Assembly (NCBI GenBank): GCA_902793045.1
Contig: CADBBS010000003.1
Location: 1 to 29,759 of the forward strand
Direction: 5' to 3'
Length of the DNA: 29,759 bases
From: an uncultured Lachnospiraceae bacterium
Lineage (GTDB): Bacteria; Bacillota; Clostridia; Lachnospirales; Lachnospiraceae
The position numbers and the translations under genes are program-made. The number at the start of each line of letters is the position of its first letter. Positions within the stretch are counted from its first letter, which is position 1. The notes beneath the pieces are model-generated. The model did not search any database, was not told where the DNA came from, and was given only the letters and a program-made list of their open reading frames with translations. This document shows, piece by piece, positions 18,060 to 25,638 of the stretch.

Positions 18060-19349
18060 TTACAATATATTATAAGTTCCTTTCGTTATTGCTTCAATTC
18101 CTAGCATTGTTGCAATCACGCAGTCATCGTGAAAATTTTGGTGAGCATTATACGTTCGCTTACCATTACTTGTCACTTTCATTTCGTACATTTCCATTTC
18201 TACAACAAGCTCTGGGTCGTTGAGTAGCTGTACCTGTTTATTTTGTATATAAACAATTAACGAATTTATAAGACGCTCCTTTGACTCGTTTGTAGTTGTA
18301 AATTTTAGCAACATTACAGGTAAGGCTTCTGCTTTTATTGCTTTATCAAGTAGTCCGTAGAAAACTGTACCTATGCTATTACTCTCGCACAACACTTTTA
18401 AAGGACGATACTCTTTTATTAGCCCTACAATATAATCTATGGTTTGTGTTTCATCTTTATCGTTAAAGTGAAATAACTTTACCATTTCTCTATCACTGTT
18501 AAATATTGCGATAGCCGTTGAATCTTGACCTTGACCAGAGCCCCAGTCAATTCCCATATACAATAATTGATTCTCTTTATTGTAGTTATTGTTCAAAACT
18601 GCTGAGAAATCTCCAAATACGCCACCTTCACTTGACATAAATTCGCCAAGGTATTCTGTGCGAAACTTTTGTAATGGCATCGTTTTTCGGTACTCTTCCA
18701 ATTTTTCCGGAGGCAAGAGAGCTGACGTGTCGTATTTAGGGTCTGACCAATCGTATGAAAGGACTTTATTATTATTCTTAAAACCTCTCATGTAAGTCTC
18801 ATAGAAAAATCCGCTTTTATGATAAGGGGTGGAGACTATAACTATCGGGGCTTGACTAACATTGACCCACGGTAAGCAGTCATAAATTATGCTATCGTTA
18901 ATATAAGCCGCTTCATCTATCGTCATAATCCCGCTAACAGTATACCCTCGTAAAGCTGAGCCTTGTTCCGCTGATTTGAAGTAGATAGAACTACCATTTT
19001 TCAGCTCAACACACAGCTGCAAATCGTTATGCCTGCGATAAAGACGTGTTGGTTGCAAAATATTCTTTATACTTCGGTAAAGTTTACGTGCTTGGTCTAG
19101 TGTAGGTGATAATGATATAGAATCTGTTTTATTTCTTTCAGCAGCTGTCCTTATCAGAAGCAACTGGAGCAGGGTACTCTTCCCGATTTGGCGACGTGAT
19201 TTTATGACGTGTGTGTAACCTTTCCAATGCTGCTCTAAATTACTCACAACTTCGAGCTGCCAAGGAAAAAGTCGGATATTTGCATTTACTTTAACTTTCC
19301 TCTCTTCCATAGTTAAGCTGATTTTTGCTGTTGTTTCTTTCGTTCCCAA
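18060..19349 (-). CDS. terL: Terminase large subunit
   Basis: It has Walker A-like KSRRQIGKST and Walker B/catalytic GIMTIDEAAYI, plus a C-terminal nuclease-like half (GIDWGSGQGQDSTA, HDDCV). The real start may be the ATG at 19310 (MEERKVKV...), which lies 2 nt past the GIY-YIG stop rather than overlapping it. Confidence 0.85.
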   Translation of the reverse strand: MGTKETTAKISLTMEERKVKVNANIRLFPWQLEVVSNLEQHWKGYTHVIKSRRQIGKSTLLQLLLIRTAAERNKTDSISLSPTLDQARKLYRSIKNILQPTRLYRRHNDLQLCVELKNGSSIYFKSAEQGSALRGYTVSGIMTIDEAAYINDSIIYDCLPWVNVSQAPIVIVSTPYHKSGFFYETYMRGFKNNNKVLSYDWSDPKYDTSALLPPEKLEEYRKTMPLQKFRTEYLGEFMSSEGGVFGDFSAVLNNNYNKENQLLYMGIDWGSGQGQDSTAIAIFNSDREMVKLFHFNDKDETQTIDYIVGLIKEYRPLKVLCESNSIGTVFYGLLDKAIKAEALPVMLLKFTTTNESKERLINSLIVYIQNKQVQLLNDPELVVEMEMYEMKVTSNGKRTYNAHQNFHDDCVIATMLGIEAITKGTYNIL

Positions 19350-19891
19350 TATAATTTAGCTGACTCACGCAACTTTGCCTTTGTTTCATCACTAAGAACA
19401 CGTCCTAAATTATACTGATTACCTTTCTTCGCCTCAGACATTTTTTGCCGAGCTGAATCGGACATAACTTTTCCTTTAGACGATTCAGACATTTTTCGCT
19501 TTGACTCAGCAGACAAAACATGACCTAAACCATTTTTATTACCTTTCATTGATTCAGACGTTTTGTGTCTTGATTCAGCTGACTTTGTATAACCCATCGT
19601 CCCCTCTCCGCCTTTCGTATGATTATATCCCTTGAGAGGATTCATAGTTTCATAAAAGGCGATTAGATATTTTTCAAGATAATCCGCTTCCTTTTTCGTT
19701 AAATCAGTAGCTATAATTACATGCTCAAAATTATTCCAACCGTACTTCTCTATAGCTCGATAAAAGTGAGAATGTGCTTTATAACCGTTACCCTTATTCC
19801 AACGATATTCAGGTTTCCGACATGTTTGACCTATGTAAATTTTTCCGTTAGGTGATACGTGCTTATATACACAATATTGTTTATCTTCCAT
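19313..19891 (-). CDS. GIY-YIG homing endonuclease with four NUMOD3 repeats
   Basis: YCVYKHVSPNGKIYIGQT is the GIY-YIG motif, together with ...YGWNNFEHVII and GYNHTKGGEG. Repeats follow: SAESRHKTSESMKG, SAESKRKMSESSKG, SDSARQKMSEAKKG, SDETKAKLRESAK. It is inserted between terS and terL. Confidence 0.9.
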   Translation of the reverse strand: MEDKQYCVYKHVSPNGKIYIGQTCRKPEYRWNKGNGYKAHSHFYRAIEKYGWNNFEHVIIATDLTKKEADYLEKYLIAFYETMNPLKGYNHTKGGEGTMGYTKSAESRHKTSESMKGNKNGLGHVLSAESKRKMSESSKGKVMSDSARQKMSEAKKGNQYNLGRVLSDETKAKLRESAKLYWERKKQQQKSA

Positions 19892-19911
19892 AACACATTC
19901 CTTTCATTAAA

Positions 19912-20355
19912 TTATTCATCCTTACTTTCATCATTATCTTCTACGGTAGGTGTATTATCATTACCTAATCCGAAGTCAATAACAATTTCGTTGTCTGTAG
20001 ATAGCTTAATTTTTTCCGTATAAGCTCCACACATGCGATTTTGAGTATCTATCGCCTTAATTGCCGAACTTCTATCTCCGGTTTTCATTGAATCCTCAAT
20101 CAGACTATCTAAGCGTCCTGTATTGAGTGAGATGAGAGTATCTTTCGTCTCTTCACTTCTCATAAATTTCAAAGTATCTTGAATAGCGAGCTCTACTGTT
20201 TTTCTCGACAAGCCCCATTCGTCTGTAAAACGGTTCACCATCGTTACATAGCTTTGTCCGCTTGCCATAGCCTGTAATATAAGGTTGCGTCTGGCTTCAA
20301 GCTTCATTGGTAGTGCTTTGTCATCATCCCTCGTTTTCTTGTGACTGTCTGCCAT
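19912..20355 (-). CDS. terS: Terminase small subunit
   Basis: 147 aa upstream of terL. It has an HTH-like N-terminal part (SYVTMVNRFTDEWGLSRKTVELAI) and the ...AIKAIDTQNRMCGAYTEKI pattern common in small terminases. An alternative start lies at M17. Confidence 0.55.
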   Translation of the reverse strand: MADSHKKTRDDDKALPMKLEARRNLILQAMASGQSYVTMVNRFTDEWGLSRKTVELAIQDTLKFMRSEETKDTLISLNTGRLDSLIEDSMKTGDRSSAIKAIDTQNRMCGAYTEKIKLSTDNEIVIDFGLGNDNTPTVEDNDESKDE

Positions 20356-20662
20356 AGTTCTTTCCTTTCTGTTTAGGTTGTTTATTTTGCTGAGATTCTT
20401 TTTTATTTTTCTCAGCCTCTTCTTCTTTAACTTTCTTTTCGCGTTCCTCTTTCTCTTTATAATAAGGAACTGCTAACTTTTTAATGAACTCTAAGCAGCA
20501 TTTAGGACAACCATTATGTACATAGATAATCCCTACTTCTGCTGCGGCTGTAATAAGTTCATTCAATTCATTTTTCGTTAACCCGTGAATGTAATCCGCT
20601 TTCGACGCTGTGTAGAAATACGAATCATATTTAGCTAACACGGAAAATACTTCATCTTTCAT
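20324..20662 (-). CDS. Hypothetical protein with CPKCC motif and Lys/Glu-rich tail
   Basis: ORF track, 112 aa. It overlaps the annotated terS start by 32 nt. Confidence 0.5.
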   Translation of the reverse strand: MKDEVFSVLAKYDSYFYTASKADYIHGLTKNELNELITAAAEVGIIYVHNGCPKCCLEFIKKLAVPYYKEKEEREKKVKEEEAEKNKKESQQNKQPKQKGKNYGRQSQENEG

Positions 20663-20663
20663 C

Positions 20664-21008
20664 TTAGTCTATTAAGTGTTTATAAATTAGTCTCACGAAG
20701 GAAATACCAATATCCTTCATACATAATATAGTGTCTTTATAAAAGTCGCAAAAAGTGCTATTTATCAGGGCAGCAGCAATCCAAAGTAGTGTAAAATGAC
20801 CAGTACACAATAGATAAATCATACTAGCCCAAAAAATTTGACAAGTTTCGCAATCTAGTAAGTGAAATCTATATTCACTCTTCACAATTTTTCCTTTTGT
20901 TAGCAACCAAGATAATCCCTTCTTAGATGATTCCGGAAAATCTGTTATTCCTGTTATAACTGTAAATATAATACCAATTGCTAATAAATCTAATAATGTC
21001 TTTATCAT
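20664..21008 (-). CDS. Small membrane protein (DUF1360-like)
   Basis: 114 aa with several hydrophobic segments. The CETCQIFWASMIYLL motif resembles the C..C..W signature I recall for DUF1360. Confidence 0.45.
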   Translation of the reverse strand: MIKTLLDLLAIGIIFTVITGITDFPESSKKGLSWLLTKGKIVKSEYRFHLLDCETCQIFWASMIYLLCTGHFTLLWIAAALINSTFCDFYKDTILCMKDIGISFVRLIYKHLID

Positions 21009-21409
21009 AATATTATTTCTCCTTTTCCATATTTTTTCTCATACAACTCTCTTACTTTCTTTCGTGCAGCCCAAATAAGAATCTTCAAACTAGCTGCTGA
21101 TTTATAAGAGCACCCGGCACCATTAAACACTTCCAAAATCCGATTATAGTCACCCTCATAGCACAAATATAATATTACGAAATTTCTATCTCCGGGGTCT
21201 GCTTCGTCCATAATTAGTCTCCACGTACGCAGAAACTTAATGGCTCTATCGGGATTAAACCACAAAAAACGCGGGTCATCATCATAAATAGCGTTCATGT
21301 AGTCAGTATATTCTTGCTTTACCTCATTGTAGCGTCTTTCCATCATAGCTACATATTCTTGTACAGCCCCTTTAGCCTCACTGTATAAGAAATTATCAAT
21401 CTTCTTCAT
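21005..21409 (-). CDS. Protein with sigma-70 region-4-like C-terminus
   Basis: DRNFVILYLCYEGDYNRILEVFNGAGCSYKSAASLKILIWAARKKVRELY parallels the ECF sigma region 4 pattern (R..v.L....g.sy.eIa......s..tvk..l.rARkklre). Confidence 0.35.
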   Translation of the reverse strand: MKKIDNFLYSEAKGAVQEYVAMMERRYNEVKQEYTDYMNAIYDDDPRFLWFNPDRAIKFLRTWRLIMDEADPGDRNFVILYLCYEGDYNRILEVFNGAGCSYKSAASLKILIWAARKKVRELYEKKYGKGEIIL

Positions 21410-21429
21410 AACACATTTCCTTTCTTTGT

Positions 21430-21864
21430 TTAATATTCAATTCCCTCGATGTCTTTGCTATCACTTCCGTAAAATGACTGCCAAAAACTATCTTCCATTG
21501 TTACAAATTTCTCTCTGTACTTGTTATACTTGTAGTAAAGTGTAGAGGAATCAGAAATAATTTGCCTATGTACAATTCCAGCCACAAATGCAGAAATACT
21601 ATAATATCCCTGCTCATACAAGTCATCCCATTTTTCTTGCGGAACTTTACAAACTTCAATGTATATTTCCTGTATCTTGTCAGCAGTGTCACCTTGTTTA
21701 ATAGTGCGCTTCAACAAGTATGTTGTGTACCACTCAACGATGTGTATAGAATAAATCCACTGTACTATATCATCGCGCTTTCCAGATTTAAGCGGAATTT
21801 CTTTCGTAAGGACACGGTTATCATAGTTCCAATTTCTTCCGCTCTCCTTCTTTAATTCTTTCAT
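21430..21864 (-). CDS. Protein with sigma-70 region-2-like segment
   Basis: DTADKIQEIYIEVCKVPQEKWDDLYEQGYYSISAFVAGIVHRQIISD parallels the ECF region 2 pattern (D.eDvvQE.fi.........f......f..WL..Ia.N...d). Confidence 0.35.
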   Translation of the reverse strand: MKELKKESGRNWNYDNRVLTKEIPLKSGKRDDIVQWIYSIHIVEWYTTYLLKRTIKQGDTADKIQEIYIEVCKVPQEKWDDLYEQGYYSISAFVAGIVHRQIISDSSTLYYKYNKYREKFVTMEDSFWQSFYGSDSKDIEGIEY

Positions 21865-21962
21865 ATCATCAATTTTTTAAGGTTTACTTCATTCTAATAA
21901 GAGAAGGAGAGTACCGCAAATTCATTGCTAGTACCCTCGCCACTCCAAATATGAGAATTTAC

Positions 21963-23543
21963 TTATTTTTTCAACTGTTTAATAGCCTTTCTTACTTGGT
22001 GCTCAGTAACATCATACCCTAATTCTTTTAAGGCTTTCAGATTACCTCTAATGGATAAGCTCAAATCTACATTATCTATGAAGTCTAAGCTCTTTACACG
22101 GCTATCAACGGTCTCAATATTGTTCTTCTTAGCCCAATCATATAATCGGGTTCTCTTTACTTTAATTCCCTTTTCTTTTAGGGCTTCTAAGTTTTCCTTT
22201 ACAGATTTAGAAGTATCATAATTCTCAGCTATAGTAGAATCTGTTATTTCAGTTCTAGCCTTTGATATAACGCTTTTCTTATCCTCTATGTTCGGATTAA
22301 CTACAAACTTACTCATTCTACAGGTATTACCATTCACAAACTTCTCCTTAAATTCGTCTAAGTCTGCACAATAAGCCCTCTGAACACGTACCATTAAACA
22401 GTCTAAATCCAGTACACCATCAGTATTGTCAAAAAACCGCTGAACATCTATAATCATATTGTATAAAAGTTCATCGGGTGTTACTTCCGGTTTGATAAGT
22501 CTTCTGAGAATAGCCCTAATTAACAACTTCTTTCTACGCTTGTTACCATCTTCAATCTTCTTAGGCATATACAAGAGCTCCATGTAATCTTCTACTCTCG
22601 CATAATCCTTACCATCAAAGTTAATCTCCGGTTTAGTGAAGTATCTATAACCACCTTGATGATACCAGTAGTGTAATATCTTGTCTAAATCTTTCCGGTT
22701 CTTCAAATCTTCAATAAAATCACCGTTAAATTCTACAGCTTCATCACACTTAACACAAATATCATCATCCTCATCATCTTCACTTCTCAACTGCTCTGCC
22801 CAAGTTAATTCGGGAAAATCAGTCACAGAATAAACTAGATAGGACTTGTAACATTCATGCTCACTTGGATTAGCACCGTTGAAATACTGAACAGGGTCAC
22901 TACCACAGTCATCATAGAGCTCTTCATTTGTCATATCTTGTAAATCTGACATAATACAGTCTGAGATATGATAGAACTCATCCCTATTAAGCATACTGTC
23001 AAATACATATACCATCCTAAAACGTCTGCTATAACCAGTCTTCTCTTTATCAACTTTATCAGAGAATGAGGTATAGGTAACGGTTGGTGTATATGTCAAA
23101 GCACCAATATACTCTTCAATGTCATCTGAATAACTCTCTTTGTCAATATCTACAAAAATCGTATATGAACCCTTAAACAAATCATTACGTTTTGCAGACA
23201 TCTTGAAAAATCCTCTATTCTTTCCGGATTGATAGATTAGATACTGACCGCCTTTCTTGTTCTCATTACCGTTTTCATCCTTGTAAACTATCTTCACCTT
23301 ATCACTTGTAGTTTCAGGCGCGTACTTTTTATTTTCTACGTTGAATAGATTACAGAATGAATGACCAGTAATAGCATAATTAGCAAACTCATCAATAGTA
23401 ACAGTCTGCTCCTTAAATGCCATCGGTTCTTTACCTAATCCCTTAGCACCGCCCCTAGTTAAGCAAGCGGTAACTTCTTCTTTACTGTTATATCCCTCTC
23501 TACTAATTGAGACGGGAAATTTATAATCTTTAATTTCTTTCAT
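21963..23543 (-). CDS. Replication initiation protein, AEP primase-polymerase-like, with two C-terminal HTH-like repeats
   Basis: 526 aa. It has a candidate DxD motif in YTIFVDIDKESY followed by TPTVTYTSFSD...RRFRMVYVFD. The C-terminus has a tandem duplication: SVKENLEALKEKGIKVKRTRLYDWAKKN and SIRGNLKALKELGYDVTEHQVRKAIKQL. Confidence 0.45.
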   Translation of the reverse strand: MKEIKDYKFPVSISREGYNSKEEVTACLTRGGAKGLGKEPMAFKEQTVTIDEFANYAITGHSFCNLFNVENKKYAPETTSDKVKIVYKDENGNENKKGGQYLIYQSGKNRGFFKMSAKRNDLFKGSYTIFVDIDKESYSDDIEEYIGALTYTPTVTYTSFSDKVDKEKTGYSRRFRMVYVFDSMLNRDEFYHISDCIMSDLQDMTNEELYDDCGSDPVQYFNGANPSEHECYKSYLVYSVTDFPELTWAEQLRSEDDEDDDICVKCDEAVEFNGDFIEDLKNRKDLDKILHYWYHQGGYRYFTKPEINFDGKDYARVEDYMELLYMPKKIEDGNKRRKKLLIRAILRRLIKPEVTPDELLYNMIIDVQRFFDNTDGVLDLDCLMVRVQRAYCADLDEFKEKFVNGNTCRMSKFVVNPNIEDKKSVISKARTEITDSTIAENYDTSKSVKENLEALKEKGIKVKRTRLYDWAKKNNIETVDSRVKSLDFIDNVDLSLSIRGNLKALKELGYDVTEHQVRKAIKQLKK

Positions 23544-23571
23544 AAGGTCAGCCCTTGATTAAATGTTTTTC

Positions 23572-23691
23572 TTAGTCTTCTCTCCAAATCTGCTTAGCCT
23601 TGTACAACCTTTCAAATTTGGCTCTTCCTAATGTTTTCTTAGCGTCCTTTCTATTCTCAAAGGTTTCGCCGGTTTCTTTAATTATCCACAT
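23572..23691 (-). CDS. Possible 39-aa protein (MWIIKETGETFENRKDAKKTLGRAKFERLYKAKQIWRED)
   Basis: This is my own translation, and the ORF is below the track cutoff. It shares the K.TGE.(F/Y).N...A...LG pattern with 23996..24208 and with the NUMOD1-like tail of the 1165..1689 HNH protein. Confidence 0.3.
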   Translation of the reverse strand: MWIIKETGETFENRKDAKKTLGRAKFERLYKAKQIWRED

Positions 23692-23722
23692 AACTACATA
23701 ACGAATTTGCCCTATAACAAAT

Positions 23723-23843
23723 CGCGCCATAGGGTATATCTTTATTATTCTCTTTATTTATCTTATTATTTGTACTATTTAATTACTCCTAAACAATACA
23801 ATAATAGGACATCAATATTTACCGAAAACGGACACTATCACAC
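23723..23843 (+). repeat. Copy 2 of the ~122-bp three-copy element
   Basis: It reads CGCGCCATAGGGTATATC, then an AT-rich centre, then ACATCAATATTTACCGAAAACGGACACTATCACAC. It has the same length and end blocks as 28167-28289 (direct) and 197-318 (inverted). Confidence 0.85.
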
Positions 23844-23846
23844 AGC

Positions 23847-23978
23847 TTATAACATTCCCATTCCAGCCATAATCGTAATCAAGCCAAATAGAAATCCAAA
23901 TACACATAGACTTCCAATAGCAGTCCAGTAGAGCAAGTATTTAACTACAAGTGCTACTACTAATAAAGTCTTCTTCAT
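23847..23978 (-). CDS. Possible 43-aa hydrophobic peptide
   Basis: My own translation gives MKKTLLVVALVVKYLLYWTAIGSLCVFGFLFGLITIMAGMGML, a Lys-rich N-terminus followed by membrane-spanning-like sequence. Its stop lies 4 nt from the core of repeat copy 2. Confidence 0.4.
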   Translation of the reverse strand: MKKTLLVVALVVKYLLYWTAIGSLCVFGFLFGLITIMAGMGML

Positions 23979-23995
23979 AACACATTCTCCTATAT

Positions 23996-24208
23996 TTATT
24001 CATCTGCTTCTTTAGGCTTAGCAGACAATTTTTTACTCAGTTCATCAGCAGTACTAGTAACAACCTTAACTAGTTCACCGCTTTCAACTAAATCTATATA
24101 TCCGATAACCCCTAGCTTTTCTCTTGCTTCTAGTAGATTATCATATATCTCTCCAGTACGCTTATTCTTATACTTAAACGCAACTTTTAACATAGCTCTT
24201 CTTCTCAT
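23996..24208 (-). CDS. Small hypothetical protein (70 aa)
   Basis: ORF track. KNKRTGEIYDNLLEAREKLGVIGY resembles a NUMOD1-like DNA-binding segment. The tail is acidic. Confidence 0.5.
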   Translation of the reverse strand: MRRRAMLKVAFKYKNKRTGEIYDNLLEAREKLGVIGYIDLVESGELVKVVTSTADELSKKLSAKPKEADE

Positions 24209-24243
24209 AGTTATCCAATATTAAATTCCGGATTAAAAGCGAC

Positions 24244-24319
24244 TTCAAGAGAGAACACTACTCACTTTAGCTTATTTTTTGAGTGGAGAACCGCGTATGT
24301 TTTCGTGTTCTCTCTTGAA
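24244..24319. repeat. 15-bp perfect inverted repeat (TTCAAGAGAGAACAC / GTGTTCTCTCTTGAA) with a 46-nt spacer
   Basis: The arms are at 24244-24258 and 24305-24319. An inner 5-bp pair ACTCA/TGAGT extends the fold. It lies directly upstream (minus sense) of the 23996..24208 start. Confidence 0.7.
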
Positions 24320-24326
24320 AGTGTTA

Positions 24327-24381
24327 GATGAGGTTTTAGATTGGTGTAAACGGTAAAAATACAATCTACCTCATCATTTTT
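24327..24381 (+). terminator. Plus-strand-specific hairpin plus T-run (candidate terminator of an antisense or non-coding transcript)
   Basis: GATGAGGT-TTT-AGATT (20-nt loop) AATCT-ACCTCATC forms a 13-bp stem with a 3-nt bulge, followed by ATTTTT on the plus strand. The minus-strand version has no U tail. Confidence 0.45.
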
Positions 24382-24782
24382 GGCTAGCTTTGATAGACTT
24401 CCGGATTGTCTTCTCTACCTCTCTGCTTTGTTTCGCTTCAATTCGCCGCTTATTGTTTCTGATATTACCACCTCTACTACTCATTTCACAACGCTTAGTA
24501 GCCCTCTTGTATCAGAGCAAGAGGAGAACATTACTTTTAGAAATATTATAGACTTATTTGTCCAAAGAGATAACGCTTAAAACTATTTGACTTAATTCAA
24601 ACTAACTTTTTCAAGCGTCATCTATAAATTAGATAGATTAAGTTTTCTTTTATTTACACATATAAGGATTTCAGCATTTCTAACCCGAAAATAGTTGGCA
24701 AATTATGGCATTTTTGATAAGAATTGTCCAAATCGCTCAACGAAGATAGGGTTATGCTCAAAATCAATAAAAATTGCGTGAG

Positions 24783-25634
24783 TTATTGGTTTTTCTGTTT
24801 CCAGTACCACCGTCTTTCAGCCTCCGCAAATCTCAGTGCCTTTAATACTTTTTCTCTTTCTTCCTCGGTTTCACAATTAGCTAGTTTATCCTGCCTTTTC
24901 TTAGCATAGGTATCAGATAATCTATTTAATCTAGTGCCATAGGTTAGATTATACTCAGAGCTACACCATTCAAGATTATCAGCTCTATTATTACTTGGGT
25001 CTTCGTCTTTATGGTTCACTTGGTCATACTCTTTCGGGTTAGGATTGAAGATAAATGCCTCAGCTACCAGTCTATGAACAAGATAGAAATTATACTCACC
25101 ATCTTTGCACAGACTAATATGACGGTAATTCCTTGTTGGTTGGTCTTTCAGTATTCTTCCAGTCATTACATTCCTCACTCTTCCTTGGTCACTTACTTGA
25201 TATAACCCTTCATAACCCTCTATATCTTTCCAACTTTCACCTTCCTCGGTCGGTAATCCAAACGCTTCTATCTTTAGTTTGTTTGGTCTTACGTTCTCAC
25301 CCTCTAGGAAATGTGCAGTCTCAATATTGTACACTCTTCCAAGGTTAGATACTTTTATATTTTCATCTTTCGTATCTTTCCAAATCTCACCTTTCTCAGT
25401 AGGAATACCAAAGTGCTCATAAACTAACTGACCAATAGTACCGCGTTTTACCCTAACACCATCCTTATAGAAATCAATTCTGCTACCTCTATTTTCAGGT
25501 CTCAGGTATTTATAAGAGATTTTTCCCTTCTTATCTACTTTTACCCTGCGTACTCTTCCTTGGTCACTAATCTCATACAGACCATCTAGACCATTAACCT
25601 CAGTCCACATCTCAAAATCATTATAATTTTTCAT
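24783..25634 (-). CDS. HNH homing endonuclease with three NUMOD4 modules
   Basis: The three NUMOD4-like copies are WTEVNGLDGLYEISDQGRVRRV, WKDTKDENIKVSNLGRVYNI and WKDIEGYEGLYQVSDQGRVRNV. They are followed by LVHRLVAEAF and VNHKDEDPSNNRADNLEWCS (HNH_3). Confidence 0.85.
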   Translation of the reverse strand: MKNYNDFEMWTEVNGLDGLYEISDQGRVRRVKVDKKGKISYKYLRPENRGSRIDFYKDGVRVKRGTIGQLVYEHFGIPTEKGEIWKDTKDENIKVSNLGRVYNIETAHFLEGENVRPNKLKIEAFGLPTEEGESWKDIEGYEGLYQVSDQGRVRNVMTGRILKDQPTRNYRHISLCKDGEYNFYLVHRLVAEAFIFNPNPKEYDQVNHKDEDPSNNRADNLEWCSSEYNLTYGTRLNRLSDTYAKKRQDKLANCETEEEREKVLKALRFAEAERRWYWKQKNQ

Positions 25635-25638
25635 AACA

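Noticed and set aside
21501-21692. 63-aa minus-strand ORF nested in 21430..21864
   Set aside because: It lies out of frame inside a longer ORF that has a recognisable motif, and nothing independent supports it.
23682-23690. Perfect DnaA box TTATCCACA (plus 8-of-9 TTATCCATA at 28343-28351) as origin evidence
   Set aside because: By a rough estimate, a single perfect 9-mer in about 60 kb of two-strand sequence is not far from chance expectation. It also overlaps the start of a small ORF, and no cluster of boxes is present.
24209-24782. Group I intron or other self-splicing element associated with the homing endonucleases
   Set aside because: No split host gene or exon-like flanks are visible, the endonuclease genes are free-standing ORFs, and I could not identify conserved P-Q-R-S-type intron core elements by eye.
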